A stretch of DNA of 64,000 nucleotides. It comes from Mobula hypostoma. Taxonomy: Eukaryota. The stretch is taken from NCBI RefSeq assembly GCF_963921235.1, contig NC_086108.1, positions 7,998,001 through 8,062,000 of the forward strand, read 5' to 3'. This document shows positions 45,235-58,935 of this stretch, piece after piece (the stretch's first letter is position 1; the number at the start of each line of letters is the position of its first letter). The notes under the pieces are model-generated. The model did not search any database, had not been told where the DNA came from, and saw nothing but the letters and a program-made list of their open reading frames with translations. A program made the translations under genes and the position numbers.

Positions 45235-46165
45235 ACACCTATCAGCTCCCAGCTTCTCACTTCATCTATCCTCCCCCACCCTCCCATCTTCCCCTCACCT
45301 GGTCTCACCTATCACCTGCCAGCTTGTACTCAGTCCCCTGCCCCCACACCTTCTTACCCTGACTTCTGCCCCCTTCCTTTCCAGTCCTGATGAAGGTTCT
45401 TGACCGTTCTCCCCCCCCCCCACGTAGACACTGCCCGACCTGCTGAGTTCCTCCAGCATTTTGTGTGTGTGTGGCTCTGGAATTCCAGCATCTGCGGAAT
45501 CTGCCCCAAGCAGTCCTTCCAGGTGAGGCAACACTTCACTTGCGAAGTTGCTGGGGCCGTCTGTTGAGTCTGGTGCAGCCTCCTGCACATTGGAGAGACC
45601 CCTCATAAAATGTGGCTATTTGTCGAGCACCCCAACTAAAAGCAGAACTCTCCCGGTGGCCCGGCACTTTAATTCTGATTCCTATTCCCGTGCTGACTTG
45701 TTGGTCCTTGGCCTCCACTTGTGGGAAGATGAGGCCACCCTCAGTGTGAAGGAGCAACACCTGAGATTCCTTTTGGGCCTGATTATTGATTTCTCCTTCT
45801 GGTTAAAAAAAAAATCCCTCCTGCTCACCTCTTCTTCTATTCCCCACTCCAGCCTCTTACCTCTTCTTACCTGCCCATCACCTCCTCTGGGTGTTCCTGC
45901 TCCTTCTCATTCTCCAATAGTCCACTGTCCTCTCCAGATTCCTTCCTGTCCAGCCCTTTACCTTTCCCACCCACTTGGCTTCACCTTCTCGCTATCCTCC
46001 TTCCCCTCCTCCCACCTTTTTATTCCGGCGTCTTCCCCCTTCCCTCCCAGTCCTGAAGAAGGACCCGAAACGTTGACTGTTTATTCATTTCCATCGATGC
46101 TGCCTGAGCTGCTGAGTTCCTCCAGCGTGTTGCTCTGGATTTCCAGCATCTGCAGAATTTCTCGT
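45235..46165 (+). mobile_element. Older Penelope-like fragments in tandem (pLTR, GIY-YIG remnant, pLTR) with decayed hammerhead motifs
   Basis: CAGTCCTGATGAAGG (~45382), VRQHFTCE/VARHFNS remnants, and AGTCCTGAAGAAGGACCCGAAACGTTGACT at 46049-46078. Confidence 0.75.
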
Positions 46166-46261
46166 GTTGATGATCTGCAGAATCTCTTGTGTGTGGAATA
46201 TTTGGTGTTGCTGGCTTTTGGTGCTGGGAGTATATGACACACTGGGGAGAATAAATCATGA

Positions 46262-49200
46262 GATTAGATTCAACTTTATTGTCATTGTGCCGAGTACAGA
46301 TACAAAGCCAATGAAATGCATTTAGCATCTAACCAGAAATGCAAAGAATAGTGTTATTTACAAAATAACTGCGAATAAAAAGTAAGTGCTACAGCACACA
46401 AATATAAAAGTACTGAGACAGTACAATATGGGTGCAATACTGCTTAGCGCTGTGATGTGAGGTTCAGGGTCACAGCCTCAGGGAAGAAGCTCTTCCTGTG
46501 CCTGCTGGTGCGGGAGTGGAGGCTCCTGTAGCGCCTACCGGATGGGAGGAGAGTAAAAAGTCCATGGTTAGGGTGAGATGCATCCTTGATAATGCTTTTC
46601 GCCCTGCCCAGGCAGCATTTATGGTAGATGTTCTCAATGGTGGGCAATTGGGTGCCGATAATCCGCTGGGCAGTTTTCACCACACGCTGGAGTGCTTTGC
46701 GGTCTGATACGGGACAATTGCCATACCACACTGAGATGCAGTTGGTGAGTATGCTCTCAATGGTACAGCGGTAAAAGTCCGTCAGTATCCTGGGACAGAG
46801 GTGAGCTTTCTTCATGCTCTGCAGGAAATAAAGGCGCTGTTGTGCCTTTTTGATCAGGATGGAGGAGCTCTAGGACCAGGTGAGATCCTCGGAAATGTGG
46901 ACACCAAGGAATTTGAAGTTTGATACACACTCCACTACAGCTCCGTTGATGTAGATGGGGATGTGAGTGTGGCTTCTAGCATGCCTGAAGTCCACAATGA
47001 TCTCCTTGGGGTTCTGGGTGTTAAGGGGCAGGTTGTTGTCAGCACACCACGCTGGACCTCGTCCCTGTAGGCCATCTCGTCATCTCCTCTGATCAGACCA
47101 GCCACCGTGGTGTCATCTGCGAACTTGATTATGGAGTTAGAACCATGTACAGGAGCGCAGTCATAGGTGAAAAGGGAGTACAGAAGAGGGCTCAGCACAC
47201 AGCCTTGAGGCACGCCGGTGTTCAGGGTGAGAGTGGAGGAGGAGAGGTTGTCTAACTTAATGATTGGGGTCTGTTAGTCAGAAAGTCCAAGGTCCAATTG
47301 CAGAGGGATGAGCTGATACCAAGCTGGCGAAGTCCGGCGATCGGCTTGGAGGGGATCACAGTATTGAATGCTGAACTGAAGTCAATGAACAGCATTCTGA
47401 CGTAAGAGTTGGGGCTGTCCAGGTGGGTCAGGGCAGAGTGAAGTGCCATGGAGATGGCGTCCTCTGTTGACCTGTTGGTGCGATAGGCAAATTGATGGGG
47501 GTCCAGGGTAGAGGGCAGACAGGATTTCAGGTGTGATAGAACCAGTCTCTCAAAGCACTTTGCAATGATGGGGGTGAGTGCCACTGGACAGAAGTCATTC
47601 AGGCCCGTGGCAGTGGAATGCTTCAGCACTGGCACGATGGTGGCAATCTTGAAGCTTGTGGGGACAACTGCCTGGGCGAGGGACAGATAAAAAATGTCTG
47701 TGAAGACCCCGGCCAACTGCCCTGCACAGACTCTGAGCACACAGTCTGGTATTCCATCCGGACCAGCTGCCTTCCATACATTCACCCTGCTCAGGGTGGC
47801 GTAAACATCGGAGGTGGAAAGAGAGAGAGGCAGTTCACCAGGTGGGAGATCCGCTCTGAGGGTGACCTCCTTGTTCGAATGTTAAAAGGCATGGACAGAG
47901 TGAATGTGGCAAAGTTGTTTCCCATGATGGGGAAGTCTAGTACAAGAGGGCATGACTTAAGGATTGAAGGGCACCCATTCAGAACAGAAATGCGAATAAA
48001 TTTTTTTAGTCAGAGCGTGGTGAATCTATGGAATTTGTTGCCACGGGCGGCAATAGAGGTTAAGTCATTGGGTGTATTTAAGGCAGAGATTGATAGGTAT
48101 CTGAGTAGCCAGGGCATCAAAGGTTATGGTGAGAAGGCGGGGGAGTGGGACTAAATGGGAGAATGGATCAGCTCATGATAAAATGGTGGAGCAGACTCGA
48201 TGGGCTGAATGGCCGACTTCTGCTCCTTTGTCTTATGGTCTTCTCTCGGTCAGTGCAAGCGTAGAAGTAATTGAGCTCATCAGGGAGGGAAGCAGAGCTG
48301 GAAGGGGGCACAGTACTAGGTGGTTTGAAGTCTGTAATGACCTGTATGCTATGCCACGTGCACCGGGGTCCGAGGAGTTGAAATGCTCCTCGATTCTCTG
48401 TTTGTATATGTGTTTAGCCCGAGAGATTCCCCTCCTCAGGTTGGCCCTGGCTGAGCTGTGAGCCCCCCGGTCTCCAGACCTGAAGGCTGAATCTCTGGCT
48501 TTGAGCAGGAGGCGAACTTCTCTGTTCAACCATGGTTTGTGATTGGGGAAAACTTTTATCTGTTTTTGTGATGTCACTCTATCTACACACTTGTTGATGT
48601 GCTCAAGGACAGAGTCGGTATATAAGTCAATGTTAATCTGAGAGTCTGTGGTGGCATGGGCAGCAAACGTACTCCAGTCTGTGTGCTGGAATTGGTGCTG
48701 AAGAACAGAGTCAGCACTCTCCAGCCAGATCTGAATAGTCTTCACTGTGGGTTTCACACGTTTAATGACCGGGCTATACTTGGGAAGCAGAAACAATGAA
48801 AGATGGTCGGACTGACCCAGGTGGGGGAGGGTAGTGGCTTTGTAAGTGTCAGCCACATTTGTGTAGTCATGATCTAAGGTTTTATTAACCCTTGTGGTGC
48901 ATGATACATTTTGGTAAAATCTTGGAAGCATGGTACGTAGGTTAGAATGATTAAAGTCCCCAGCGACAATAAAGGCTCCGTCTGAATGCAATGTCTGCAG
49001 CTTGCTAATAGCGACACTGAGGTCTTTCATGGCTACTTTAGCACTAGCATCCGGAGGTACATAAACTGCGACAGCAATGATGCATGTAAACTCTCGTGGT
49101 TGGTAAAAAGGTCTGCACTTAATAATCAGGTATTCCAGATCAGCAGAGCAATAAGTGTCAGCAATGGTAGAGTTAGTACACCATGATCGATTCACCTAGA

Positions 49201-49490
49201 TGCATAAACCACTTCCCCTACTTTTACCTGTCGCTGTTGCAGCTCTGACAGCCCTGAAGACCGTGCGCCCTTCCGGTTCCACATGTTGCTTGGGACATCA
49301 CTGTTTAGCCACGTCTCCGTAAAAAACATGATGTTGCAATCCATAAGCCTTCTTTGTATGAGGGTCCAAGTCCTTAGTTTGTCCAGCTTGTTCGTCAGAG
49401 ACTGAATATTGGAGAGGAAGATGCTAGGTAGCGCTGGCCGGTATGGATTTAGCCTTAGCCTAGCACGCAGACCTCCACGCTTCCCCCGAA
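46262..49490 (-). mobile_element. Near full-length degenerate Rex1-type LINE (APE plus RT)
   Basis: ORFs 48233-49195 (AGDFN, SDH), 47252-47785 ([15 protein letters not shown]), 46935-47213 (PQGCVLSP, KFADD) and 46444-46815; tail CAATAAAGTTGAATCTAATCT. Confidence 0.9.
47873..48243 (+). mobile_element. CR1 3' fragment nested in Rex1
   Basis: STRGHDLRIEG..FFSQSVVNLWNLLP followed by a CR1 tail. Confidence 0.85.
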
Positions 49491-49613
49491 TTACGCCCCG
49501 TTTGGGTTGCAGATAAAGGATCTCTTGTACAATCTACTTAATTATGATCTTGCACCTACCCCTTCTCCCGTCTTCAACCCTCCACTTCTTCATGGACACC
49601 CCACTCTGGTCTT

Positions 49614-51556
49614 TTGCCTGCTCTGGATCTCTTTATCGCTAACTGCCGACGGGACATGAACCGTCTCGACTTCACCGCACCTTGTCCCCATTCCAACCTC
49701 ACTCCTTCGGAACGCTCTGCTCTCCACTCCCTCCGCACTAATCCTAACCTTATTATTAAGCCCGCCGATAAGGGGGGTGCTGTTGTAGTCTGGCATACTG
49801 ACCTCTACCTTGCCGAGGCACAGCAACAACTCATGGATATCTCCTCTTATTTACCCCTCGATCGTGACACCACTAAGGAGCACCAGGCCATTGTCTCCCA
49901 CACCATCACTGACTTTATCCGCTCAGGGGATCTCCCATCCACTGCTACCAACCTTATAGTTCCCATACCTCACACTTCCGGTTTCTACCTCCTACCCAAG
50001 ATCCACAAACCTGCCTGTCCTGGCCGACCTATTGTCTCAGCTTGCTCCTGCCCCACCGAACTCGTTTCTGTATACCTCGACACGGTTTTATCCCCCCTTG
50101 TTCAATCCCTTCCTACCTATGTTCGTGACACTTCTCACGCTCTTAAACTTTTCGATGATTTTAAGTTCCCTGGCCCCCACCACTTTATTTTCACCATGGA
50201 TGTCCAGTCCCTATATACTTCCATCCCCCATCAGGAAGGTCTCAAAGCTCTACGCTTCTTTTTGGATTCCAGACCTAATCAGTTCCCCTCTACCACCACT
50301 CTGCTCCGTCTAGCAGAATTAGTCCTTACTCTTAATAATTTCTCCTTTGGCTCCTCCCACTTCCTCCAAACTAAAGATGTAGCCATGGGCACCCGTATGG
50401 GTCCTAGCTATGCCTGCCTTTTTGTTGGCTTTGTGGAACAATCTATGTTCCGTGCCTATTCTGGTATCTGTCCCCTACTTTTCCTTCGCTACATCGACGA
50501 CTGCATTGGCGCTGCTTCCTGCACGCATGCAGAACTCGTTGACTTCATTAACCTTGCCTCCAACTTTCACCCTACCCTCAAGTTTACCTGGTCCATTTCC
50601 GACACCTCCCTCCCCTTTCTAGATCTTTCTGTCTCTGGCTCTGGAGACAGCTTATCCACTGATGTCTACTATAAGCCTACTGACTCTCACAGCTATCTGG
50701 ACTATTCCTCTTCTCACCCTGTCTCTTGCAAAAACGCCATCCCCTTCTCGCAATTCCTCCATCTCCGCCGCATCTGCTCTCAGGATGAGGCTTTTCATTC
50801 TAGGACGAGGGAGATGTCTTCCTTTTTTAAAGAAAGGGGCTTCCCTTCCTCCACTATCAACTCTGCTCTTAAACGCATCTCCCCCATTTCACGTACATCT
50901 GCTCTCACTCCATCCTGCCGCCACCCCTCTAGGAATAGGGTTCCCCTGGTCCTCACCTACCACCCCACCAGCCTCCGGGTCCAACATATTATTCTCCGTA
51001 ACTTCCGCCACCTCCAACGGGATCCCACCACTAAGCACATCTTTCCCTCCCCCCTCTCTCTGCATTCCGCAGGGATCGCTCTCTACACAACTCCCTTGTC
51101 CATTCGTCCCCCCCATCCCTCCCCACTGATCTTCCTCCTGGCACTTATCTGTGTAAGCGGAACAAGTGCTACACATGCCCTTACACTTCCTCCCTTACCA
51201 CCATTCAGGGCCCCAAACAGTCCTTCCAGGTGAGGCAACACTTCACCTGTGAGTCGGCTGGGGTGATATACTGCGTCCGGTGCTCCCATTGTGGCCTTTT
51301 ATATATTGGTGAGACCCGACACAGACTGGGAGACCGCTTTGCTGAACATCTACACTCTGTCCGCCAGAGAAAGCAGGATCTCCCAGTGGCCACACATTTT
51401 AATTCCACATCCCATTCCCATTCTGACATGTCTATCCACGGCCTCCTCTACTGTAAAGATGAAGCCACACTCAGGTTGGAGGAACAACACCTTATATTCC
51501 GTCTGGGTAGCCTCCAACCTGATGGCATGAACATCGACTTCTCTAACTTCCGCTAA
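49614..51556 (+). pseudogene. Penelope RT/GIY-YIG ORF with one apparent frameshift
   Basis: ORFs 49614-51233 and 51230-51556 appear to be one protein shifted at the C-run near 51050. Confidence 0.85.
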
Positions 51557-51848
51557 TGCCCCACCTCCCCCTCGTACCCCATCTGTTACTTATTTTTATA
51601 CACACATTCTTTCTCTCACTCTCCTTTTTCTCCCTCTGTCCCTCTGAATATACCCCTTGCCCATCCCCTGGGTCCCCCCCCTTGTCTTTCTTCCCAGACC
51701 TCCTGTCCCATGATCCTCTCGTATCCCCTTTTGCCTATCACCTGTCCAGCTCTTGGCTCCATCCCTCCCCCTCCTGTCTTCTCCTATCATTTTGGATCTC
51801 CCCCTCCCCCTTCAACTTTCAAATCCCTTACTCACTCTTCCTTCAGTT

Positions 51849-51884
51849 AGTCCTGACGAAGGGTCTCGGCCTGAAACGACGACT
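51849..51884 (+). ncRNA. Hammerhead ribozyme motif (GAC triplet variant)
   Basis: AGTC-CTGACGA-AGGGTCTCGGCCT-GAAA-C-GAC-GACT. Confidence 0.68.
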
Positions 51885-52049
51885 GCACCTCTTCCTAGAG
51901 ATGCTGCCTGGCCTGCTGCGTTCACCAGCAACTTTTATGTGTGTTGCTGCACTCTCTTAGTAGCTTTTACACTTTAGTCAGCATTGATAATGCTGTCTAC
52001 ATTGTAATTACATGCTGGTTTATATGTACTTTTCGCAAAAATTAGAAAG

Positions 52050-53030
52050 TCTTCTAATGCTGGAAATCTGAAGCAACACACTCAAGGTGCTGGAGGAACT
52101 CAGCAGGTCAGGCAGCATCTGTGGAAAACAGAAACAGGCGATGTTTTGGGCAGAGACCCTTTTTCAGCACAGAGAAGGAAAGGGGAAGATGCCTGAATAA
52201 AAAGGCGCCGGGGAGGGGGAGTGGAGAAGAAGGCTAGCTGGAAGGTGGTAGGTGAAGCCAGGTGCGTGGGAAAGGTGAAGAGCTGGAGAAGAAAGAGTGT
52301 GATAGGAGAGGAGAGTGGCCCATAGGAGAAAGAGAAGGAGGAAAAGAGCAAGGAGAAAGTAATAAGCAGGTGAGAAGAGTTAAAAGGTCATAGTGGAGAA
52401 TAGAGGAAGGGGTGGGGGTTGCTGGGAGATTTGTTCAGCCAACGTGAACATGGAGAAACCGATGTTCATGCCATCAGGTCAGTGGCTACCCAGATGGAAT
52501 ATAAGGTGTTGTTCCTCCACCCTGACAATGGTCTCACCTTGCCATAAGAGGAGGCCGTGGACCGACATTTCGGAACAGGAACGGGAATGGGAATTAAAAT
52601 GTTTGGCCACCGGGAAGTCCCACTTGTGGCAGATGAAGCAGTCCCCCAATTTACAACAGGTCTCACCAATGTAGAGGAGGCCGCATGGGGAGCACCGGAC
52701 ACAATAGACAACGCCAGCAGATTCGCAGGTGGAGTGTTGCCTCACCTGGAAGGACTGTTTGGGGGCCTGAATGGAGGTGAGGGAGGAGGGGTATGGGCAG
52801 GTGTAGCACCTAGGCCACTTGCAGGGTTAAGTGCCGGGAGGGAGATTAGTGGGGAGTGACGAATGGATAAGGACAGAAGGAGCGATCCCTGTGGAAAGCG
52901 AGGGCAGAGATTTAAAGATATGTTTAGTAATAGGATCCCTTAGGATGTGGTGGAAGCTGTGGAGGATAATGTGTTGGATACAGAAGGTGATGGAGTGGCA
53001 CGTAAGGACAAGAGAGACCGTCACTATCAC
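52050..53030 (-). mobile_element. Older Penelope-like fragment
   Basis: ORF 52479-52745 GVVYCVRCSPCGLLYIGET; degenerate pLTR. Confidence 0.85.
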
Positions 53031-53789
53031 ACCAGTGGGAATAATGAATTTTCCATGTTTATGTATTTTTGCATATTTTCTTCCATATCTGTACTTCTAA
53101 ATTTATTTTAATATAACTCTTTATAATTGCTGCATGTTGTTGCATTCTGTGCTAACACTCCACACAAATCCCCAGCGGAACTCACACAAAATGCTGGAGG
53201 AGCTCAGCAGGTCAGCCAGCATCATGGAAATTAACAAACAGTCAACGTTTCGGGCCAAGACAGGAGCCTGAAGCCCCAGCTCACCGGATTCAAAAAAAGC
53301 TACTTTTCTTCATCCATCAGGTTCCTGAACCAATCGGCACGACCCTCATCATTCCCTTGGTGCAGCAACTCTATGGCCACTTCGGGGAGGAGGTAAAGGT
53401 AGCAGCAGAGGCCAGCTTCTTTCAGTCCATCCGCAAAACAGTTTAAATACTGAACTGTCTCTTCCTTCCTTTTCAAGCTGGTTGGAGGACCTGTCAGAGT
53501 CCGTGATCTACAGCTAAACTCAAACTGTGTTTCTTCAAGGACAGTGGCTGGTGGGGGCTGATGCTTTCTGCTGGAACAAGTGGGGTGAGGGTGAGGGGGA
53601 GGGGGAAGGGGAGAGTGAATGCTGCTTGTGCATAGGGAGGGAGGCTTTGGGGTTCTAATGTTTTCTGCCATTCATTCATTGGGCTTTTTTCCCTCTGTTT
53701 TGTGGATGTCTGTGAAGGGTAAGAATTTCAAGTTGTATACTGTATACATTCTCTGCTATTCAATGGAACCTTTACAAAGAAAGCACGGA

Positions 53790-55580
53790 GATGCCTCCAC
53801 ATACTTACAGGTTTACAAAGATTCAGCATGTCATCTAAAACTTTGCCAAACTTTCTGTAGCTACACAGTGCAGAGTATATTGGCTGGTTGCAACACCTGG
53901 TATGGAAACGCTGATGCTCAAAAATGGAAAAGCTACAATAAATAGAGGATGCGGGCTAGCCCTTCTCAGAAAAAGCCCCTCCCCACATTGAACACACCTA
54001 CAAGGAGATGCCACAAGAAACCAACTTTCTTCATCCGGGACCATCATCATCAGTCTATGCTCTCGTCCCATTGCTACCATTAGGAAGGAGGTACAAGAGG
54101 CAAAGGTTCCACACCAGGTTCAGGAACAGCTATAACCCCACAACCATCAGGCTCCTGAACCAGTGTGGATAACTTCACTCCCCACAATGAGCCTCAGGTC
54201 CCACACCACCAGGTTCAGGAACAGTTATCACCCCACAACCATCAGGCTCCTGAACCAGTGTGGATAACTTCACTCCCCACAATGAGCCTCAGGTCCCACA
54301 CCACCAGGTTCAGGAACAGTTATCACCCCGCAACCATCAGGCTCCTGAACCAGTGTGGATAACTTCACTCACCACAATGAGCCTCAGGTCCCACACCACC
54401 CGGTTCAGGGACAGTTATCACCCCGCAACCATCAGGCTCCTGAACCAGCGTGGATAACTTCACTCACCACAATGAGCCTCAGGTCCCACACCACCAGGTT
54501 CAGGGACAGTTATCACCCCACAACCATCAGCCTCCTGAACCAGTGTGGATAACTTCACTCAGCACAGTGAGCCTCAGGTCCCACACCACCAGGTTCAGGA
54601 ACAGTTATTACCCCACAACCATCAGGCTCCTGAACCAGTGTGGATAACTTCACTCACCACAATGAGCCTCAGGTCCCACACCACCAGGTTCAGGAACAGT
54701 TATTACCCCACAACCATCAGGCTCCTGAACCAGTGTGGATAACTTCACTCCCCACAATGAGCCTCAGGTCCCACACCACCAGGTTCAGGGACAGTTATCA
54801 CCCCACAACCATCAGGCTCCTGAACCAGTGTGGATAACTTCACTCACGACAATGAGCCTCAGGTCCCACACCACCAGGTTCAGGAACAGTTATTACCCCA
54901 CAACCATCAGGCTCCTGAACCAGTGTGGGTAACTTCACTCACCACAATGAGCCTCAGGTCCCACACCACCAGGTTCAGGAACAGTTATTACCCCACAACC
55001 ATCAGGCTCCTGAACCAGTGTAGATAACTTCACTCACCACAATGAGCCTCAGGCCCCACACCACCAGGTTCAGGAACAGTTATCACCCCACAACCATCAG
55101 GCTCCTGGACCAGTGTGGATAACTTCACTCATCACAATGAGCCTCAGGTCCCACACCACCCAGGTTCAGGAACAGTTATTACCCCACAACCATCAGGCTC
55201 CTGAACCAGTGTGGATAACTTCACTCACCACAATGAGCCTCAGGTCCCACACCACCAGGTTCAGGAACAGTTATCACCCCACAACCATCAGGCTCCTGAA
55301 CCAGTGTGGATAACTTCACTCACCTCAATGAGCCTCAGGTCCCACACCACCAGGTTCAGGAACAGTTATCACCCCACAACCATCAGGCTCCTGAACCAGC
55401 GTGGATAACTTCACTCACCACAATGAGCCTCAGGTCCCACACCACCAGGTTCAGGAACAGTTATTACCCCACAACCATCAGGCTCCTGAACCAGTGTGGA
55501 TAACTTCACTCAGCACAACTCTGAACTGATTCCACAACCTACAGATTCACTTTCAAGGACTCTACAACTCATGTTCTCGG
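53790..55580 (+). mobile_element. Rex1-type LINE 3' remnant whose terminal coding segment is tandemly amplified
   Basis: TVQSILAGCNTWYGN lies upstream; the array encodes SLRSHTTRFRNSYYPTTIRLLN; the 3'UTR follows at 55515-55580. Confidence 0.75.
54106..55515 (+). repeat. 95-bp tandem array, about 15 copies
   Basis: ORFs recur every 95 bp. Confidence 0.97.
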
Positions 55581-56074
55581 TAATATTTAGCTATTATTAT
55601 TAATTAATTTTATTGTATTTACACCAATGTCTTCTTTTGCACATTGGCTGGTTGTGAGTCTTTGTGTGCAGATTTTCATTGATTTTATTATAATTCTTTG
55701 TTGTACCGTGAATGCCTTCAAGAAGATGAATCTCAGGGTTGTTTATGGTGACATATATGTACTCGGATGATAAATTTACTTTGAACTTTGACATTATGAC
55801 TTCCAGCAGGGCTGCAGATTCAGGTTACCTACAGACGGCCAATGTCTGATTTACAGACAAGCCTATACATGAACCAGTTACCATGTCGAAGTCTGAGCTA
55901 CATACAGAACTGTGCAAAAGTCTTAGGCATATATATAAGCTGGGGTCCCTCATGTTTCCCTTAGACTCCACCCCACCACCTTACTGCTCAAGTACATTCC
56001 TTAAATCCAATAGAGGGGAATCTCATTCAAATCTATCAAATATTGAAAGGCCTCGATAGAGCTGATGGTGGCGG

Positions 56075-56502
56075 GGTGGAGCTATGTCTCTACCAAAGGA
56101 GGTGTAAGGTGCTCCTTCCCTCCACTAGACTGCAGCTCACCCTCGGGCAAGGTGTAGCACCTGCTTAGCCCCTCCCTTCCGATCAGGGTCGCATGAAGCC
56201 ATGGGAACAGGTGGTGGATGGTGTATGAGTGACTGGTGTGTATCACAAGTCCTGGTTATGTGATCACTAATGCCAGGCAGACGATCTCTATAGAGTATTA
56301 ATAATGGTGAGCGGGGAGGTGGGGGGCAGTGGTCACCCATCTTGTAAAGATGTGGCCCAGGAGAAGGTAATGGCAAACCACTTCTGTAGAAACATTTGCC
56401 AAGAACAATCATGGTCATGGAAAGACCATGATCACCTACGTCATACAACACAGCACAGAATGATGGTGTCATATGACACGAAACATAATGAATGAATGAA
56501 TG
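56075..56502 (+). mobile_element. RTE-related non-autonomous element or SINE with BovA/Sauria-like core
   Basis: GGAGAAGGTAATGGCAAACCACTTC...TTGCCAAGAA motif and an (AATG)n tail. Confidence 0.55.
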
Positions 56503-57624
56503 CTCTTCAGGAGACCAAACACCATTTTGTCCTTGATCTCAAAGGCCTTAGCATATTAGAATACCATGAGATCATAAGATATAGGAGCAGAATTAGGCCA
56601 TCTGGCTGTTCCACCATTTCATCATGGCTCTGTCAATACCCAACACCAATATCCCTATTCCCTACGTCCTTTTGCTTGGTGATCATCAGTGCACTTCAGA
56701 AATATCTCCCATCTCCAGATATCAAGCCCCTTTATTAAACTTGCCCTCTCCCCAGTTATCCGCTTGTTCTTATTGTAAGCATATTATACCTTGGAATTCT
56801 CCTTAGTACTACTTGCCAAGCTCTCCCTTTTGACCCTCCCAATCCCTTGCTTGAGTCCTATCCAGCTTTCTTAGTTGTGTTGTGTACCATTCAGCTAGAT
56901 CTTCTAATATACAGTAACAAACTACAACAAATTCAGAATGGATCAAGTGATAAGCACGATTATTACTTGCTAGGGAAGGTTTACCTCCATATGTTAAATC
57001 ATTGCAAGGTAGCTTCAATGATTGAGGTAGCTCAGAACAAACCATTTTTAAACTTTTACAGAAAACAGTAATCCATCAATTTCATATCCTTGAGGTCGTT
57101 CAATCCCATAATGACATCCCAGCATTTGTGACATTTATGGACTCTAATCAGTTCATTTGTCTTTTGAGTATCCTTCCCTCATGACAGTTGTGTCCTGTTT
57201 TCCCGTGTTATCAAAACATTCCTCATCATAAACACACTCCCTGTTATAAAACACACTCAGACTTCTTGTAAGCCTGCATCCAAACCAGCAAAGCACTCAA
57301 AGGGTCACACAGGCTCCATTTTGTCATGTTACATTTTACAAAGATTACAAATTCATTAAGACTTCAGGGTTACAGATATATTTCCACAATGACCTTTCTG
57401 ATTAACAAAATCTTGAACTAAATTTACAACCTCTCCCTTATCACACCATCTTCCTCCTTACTGTAACATGTTGGTCTTAACTTCCCATCAGCTGGTCTTT
57501 AAACAATCCCCACATGGCATTTGTGGACTTCCTCAATAACAGCTGCTCCCAATTCACTTCCCTCTGCCTCCTGCTTAGTAACACTGTAATTAACCCTGCC
57601 CCAGTTCAATACGTTACCTCGAGA

Positions 57625-57908
57625 TGTCAGTGGAGGAATGCTGCTGACCGGAACGTTTCAGGCTGCAGGAGTACTTGCTGAGGAAGTGCAGCCAGGGCAA
57701 GACCTTGGTGGGGAAGGATCACAGTGTAGGGTTTATCTGCTACTGCAGAGGGAGGGAGGGCCTGGGTTGGATGAGGAAAGCTCTCTGTTACTGTCGTATG
57801 TGACCACCCCAGGCGGGTCACATGAGTAGCAAAGGTCCTGACTGGTTTCGAACCCGGGAACTTCTGCTCCCGGGTCCAGTACCGGTGTCATTGCACCACC
57901 AGCTGGCC
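57625..57908 (-). mobile_element. tRNA-derived SINE
   Basis: Minus-strand A-box-like TGGTGCAATG and B box GGTTCGAAACC. Confidence 0.6.
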
Positions 57909-58812
57909 CTCTCCCAGTAACCTTTAACGCCCTATCAACCTCCAGTTAAATATACCAAATAACTTGAACTCCACAGACATCTGTGGCAATGAATTCCACA
58001 GATTCACCACCCTCTGGCTAAAGAAATTCCTCCTCATCTCTGTTCTAAAGAGACATCCTTGTGTCCTGAGACTCCCCTATTATAGGAAACATCCTCTCCA
58101 CGTCAACTCTATCTCGTTCGTTCATTCATTATGTGCCATGTCTTATGACATTGGCAGTCACAGTCTTTCTCTATCTATGAAAGAGGTTGCATGCTATTGC
58201 TTTCTCTGTCAACTGTCCCCCACCACTCCTGCAGCACTCCATCCTCACCATTCCCAACGTCCTTTTGTCCTGCCAGATTTACACACTCGCTCTCCACTCC
58301 ACATCCACAAATACAGTACTGTGCAAGAGTCTTAGATGCCCAAGCTATAGATTTGTGCCCAAGACTTGTGCACGGTACTGTAAAATAAAGAAATAATGCA
58401 ACAAGAGAATAAAAAGTCAAGTAGTTTCAGTGGATCATTTAGCAATCATTTGGCAGAGGGGAAAAAGCTGTTAATAAATCACCGTGTGTGTCTTCGGCTC
58501 TTGTACCTCCTCCCCGATGGTAGCAACGAGAAGAGGGCATGTCCTGGCTGAATAAACCGTATCAAACCCACATGGTCATGGGAAGAACTTGCAAACTCTT
58601 TACAGACAGTGGAGGGATTAAACTTGGGTCGCTGTCCCTATAATAGATTTACGCTGACTCCTACGTAGCACGCCATGTCACTCTTTGCCCATAGCACACC
58701 ATGCTGTTTTGATTGCATCTTTCTCCACCATCCTGATGCACAGATGGTGAGTCACAGATCATAGTGAGCTACCAACTTCCATTCTGTGTTTATTGTTACA
58801 ATTTGTAACAGT

Positions 58813-58935
58813 AAACAACAGGAATTCTGCAGATGCTGGAAATTCAAGCAACATACATCAAAGTTGCTGGTGAACGCAGCAGGCCAAGCAGCATCTATAG
58901 GAAGAGGCGCAGTCGACGTTTCAGGCCGAGACCTT
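58813..58935 (-). mobile_element. Short Penelope pLTR end with the 3' half of a hammerhead (GAAAC-GTC-GACT)
   Basis: Near identical to 6586-6705. Confidence 0.8.

Larger units (their letters stand above)
49560..51947 (+). mobile_element. Penelope-like retroelement (RT plus GIY-YIG, Cys-rich linker suggesting Neptune type), 5'-truncated
   Basis: RT with IKPADKGG, LPKIHK, MDVQSLYT, AMGTRMGP and RYIDD; frameshift near 51050; endonuclease GVIYCVRCSHCGLLYIGET; pyrimidine-rich 3'UTR with a hammerhead. Confidence 0.92.

Noticed and set aside
54106..55515. CRISPR-like array or tandem peptide gene family (65-aa ORFs)
   Set aside because: There are no unique spacers; whole 95-bp units repeat and derive from a Rex1 ORF end in eukaryotic DNA.
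56720..57620. Apparently unique AT-rich region
   Set aside because: Its ends read as decayed minus-strand CR1 (WEQLL..KST..MW..FK-like); no supportable gene.
57840..57908. tRNA gene (also 59511-59580 and 18255-18325)
   Set aside because: A and B boxes are present but there is no complete cloverleaf; each continues into a SINE body.
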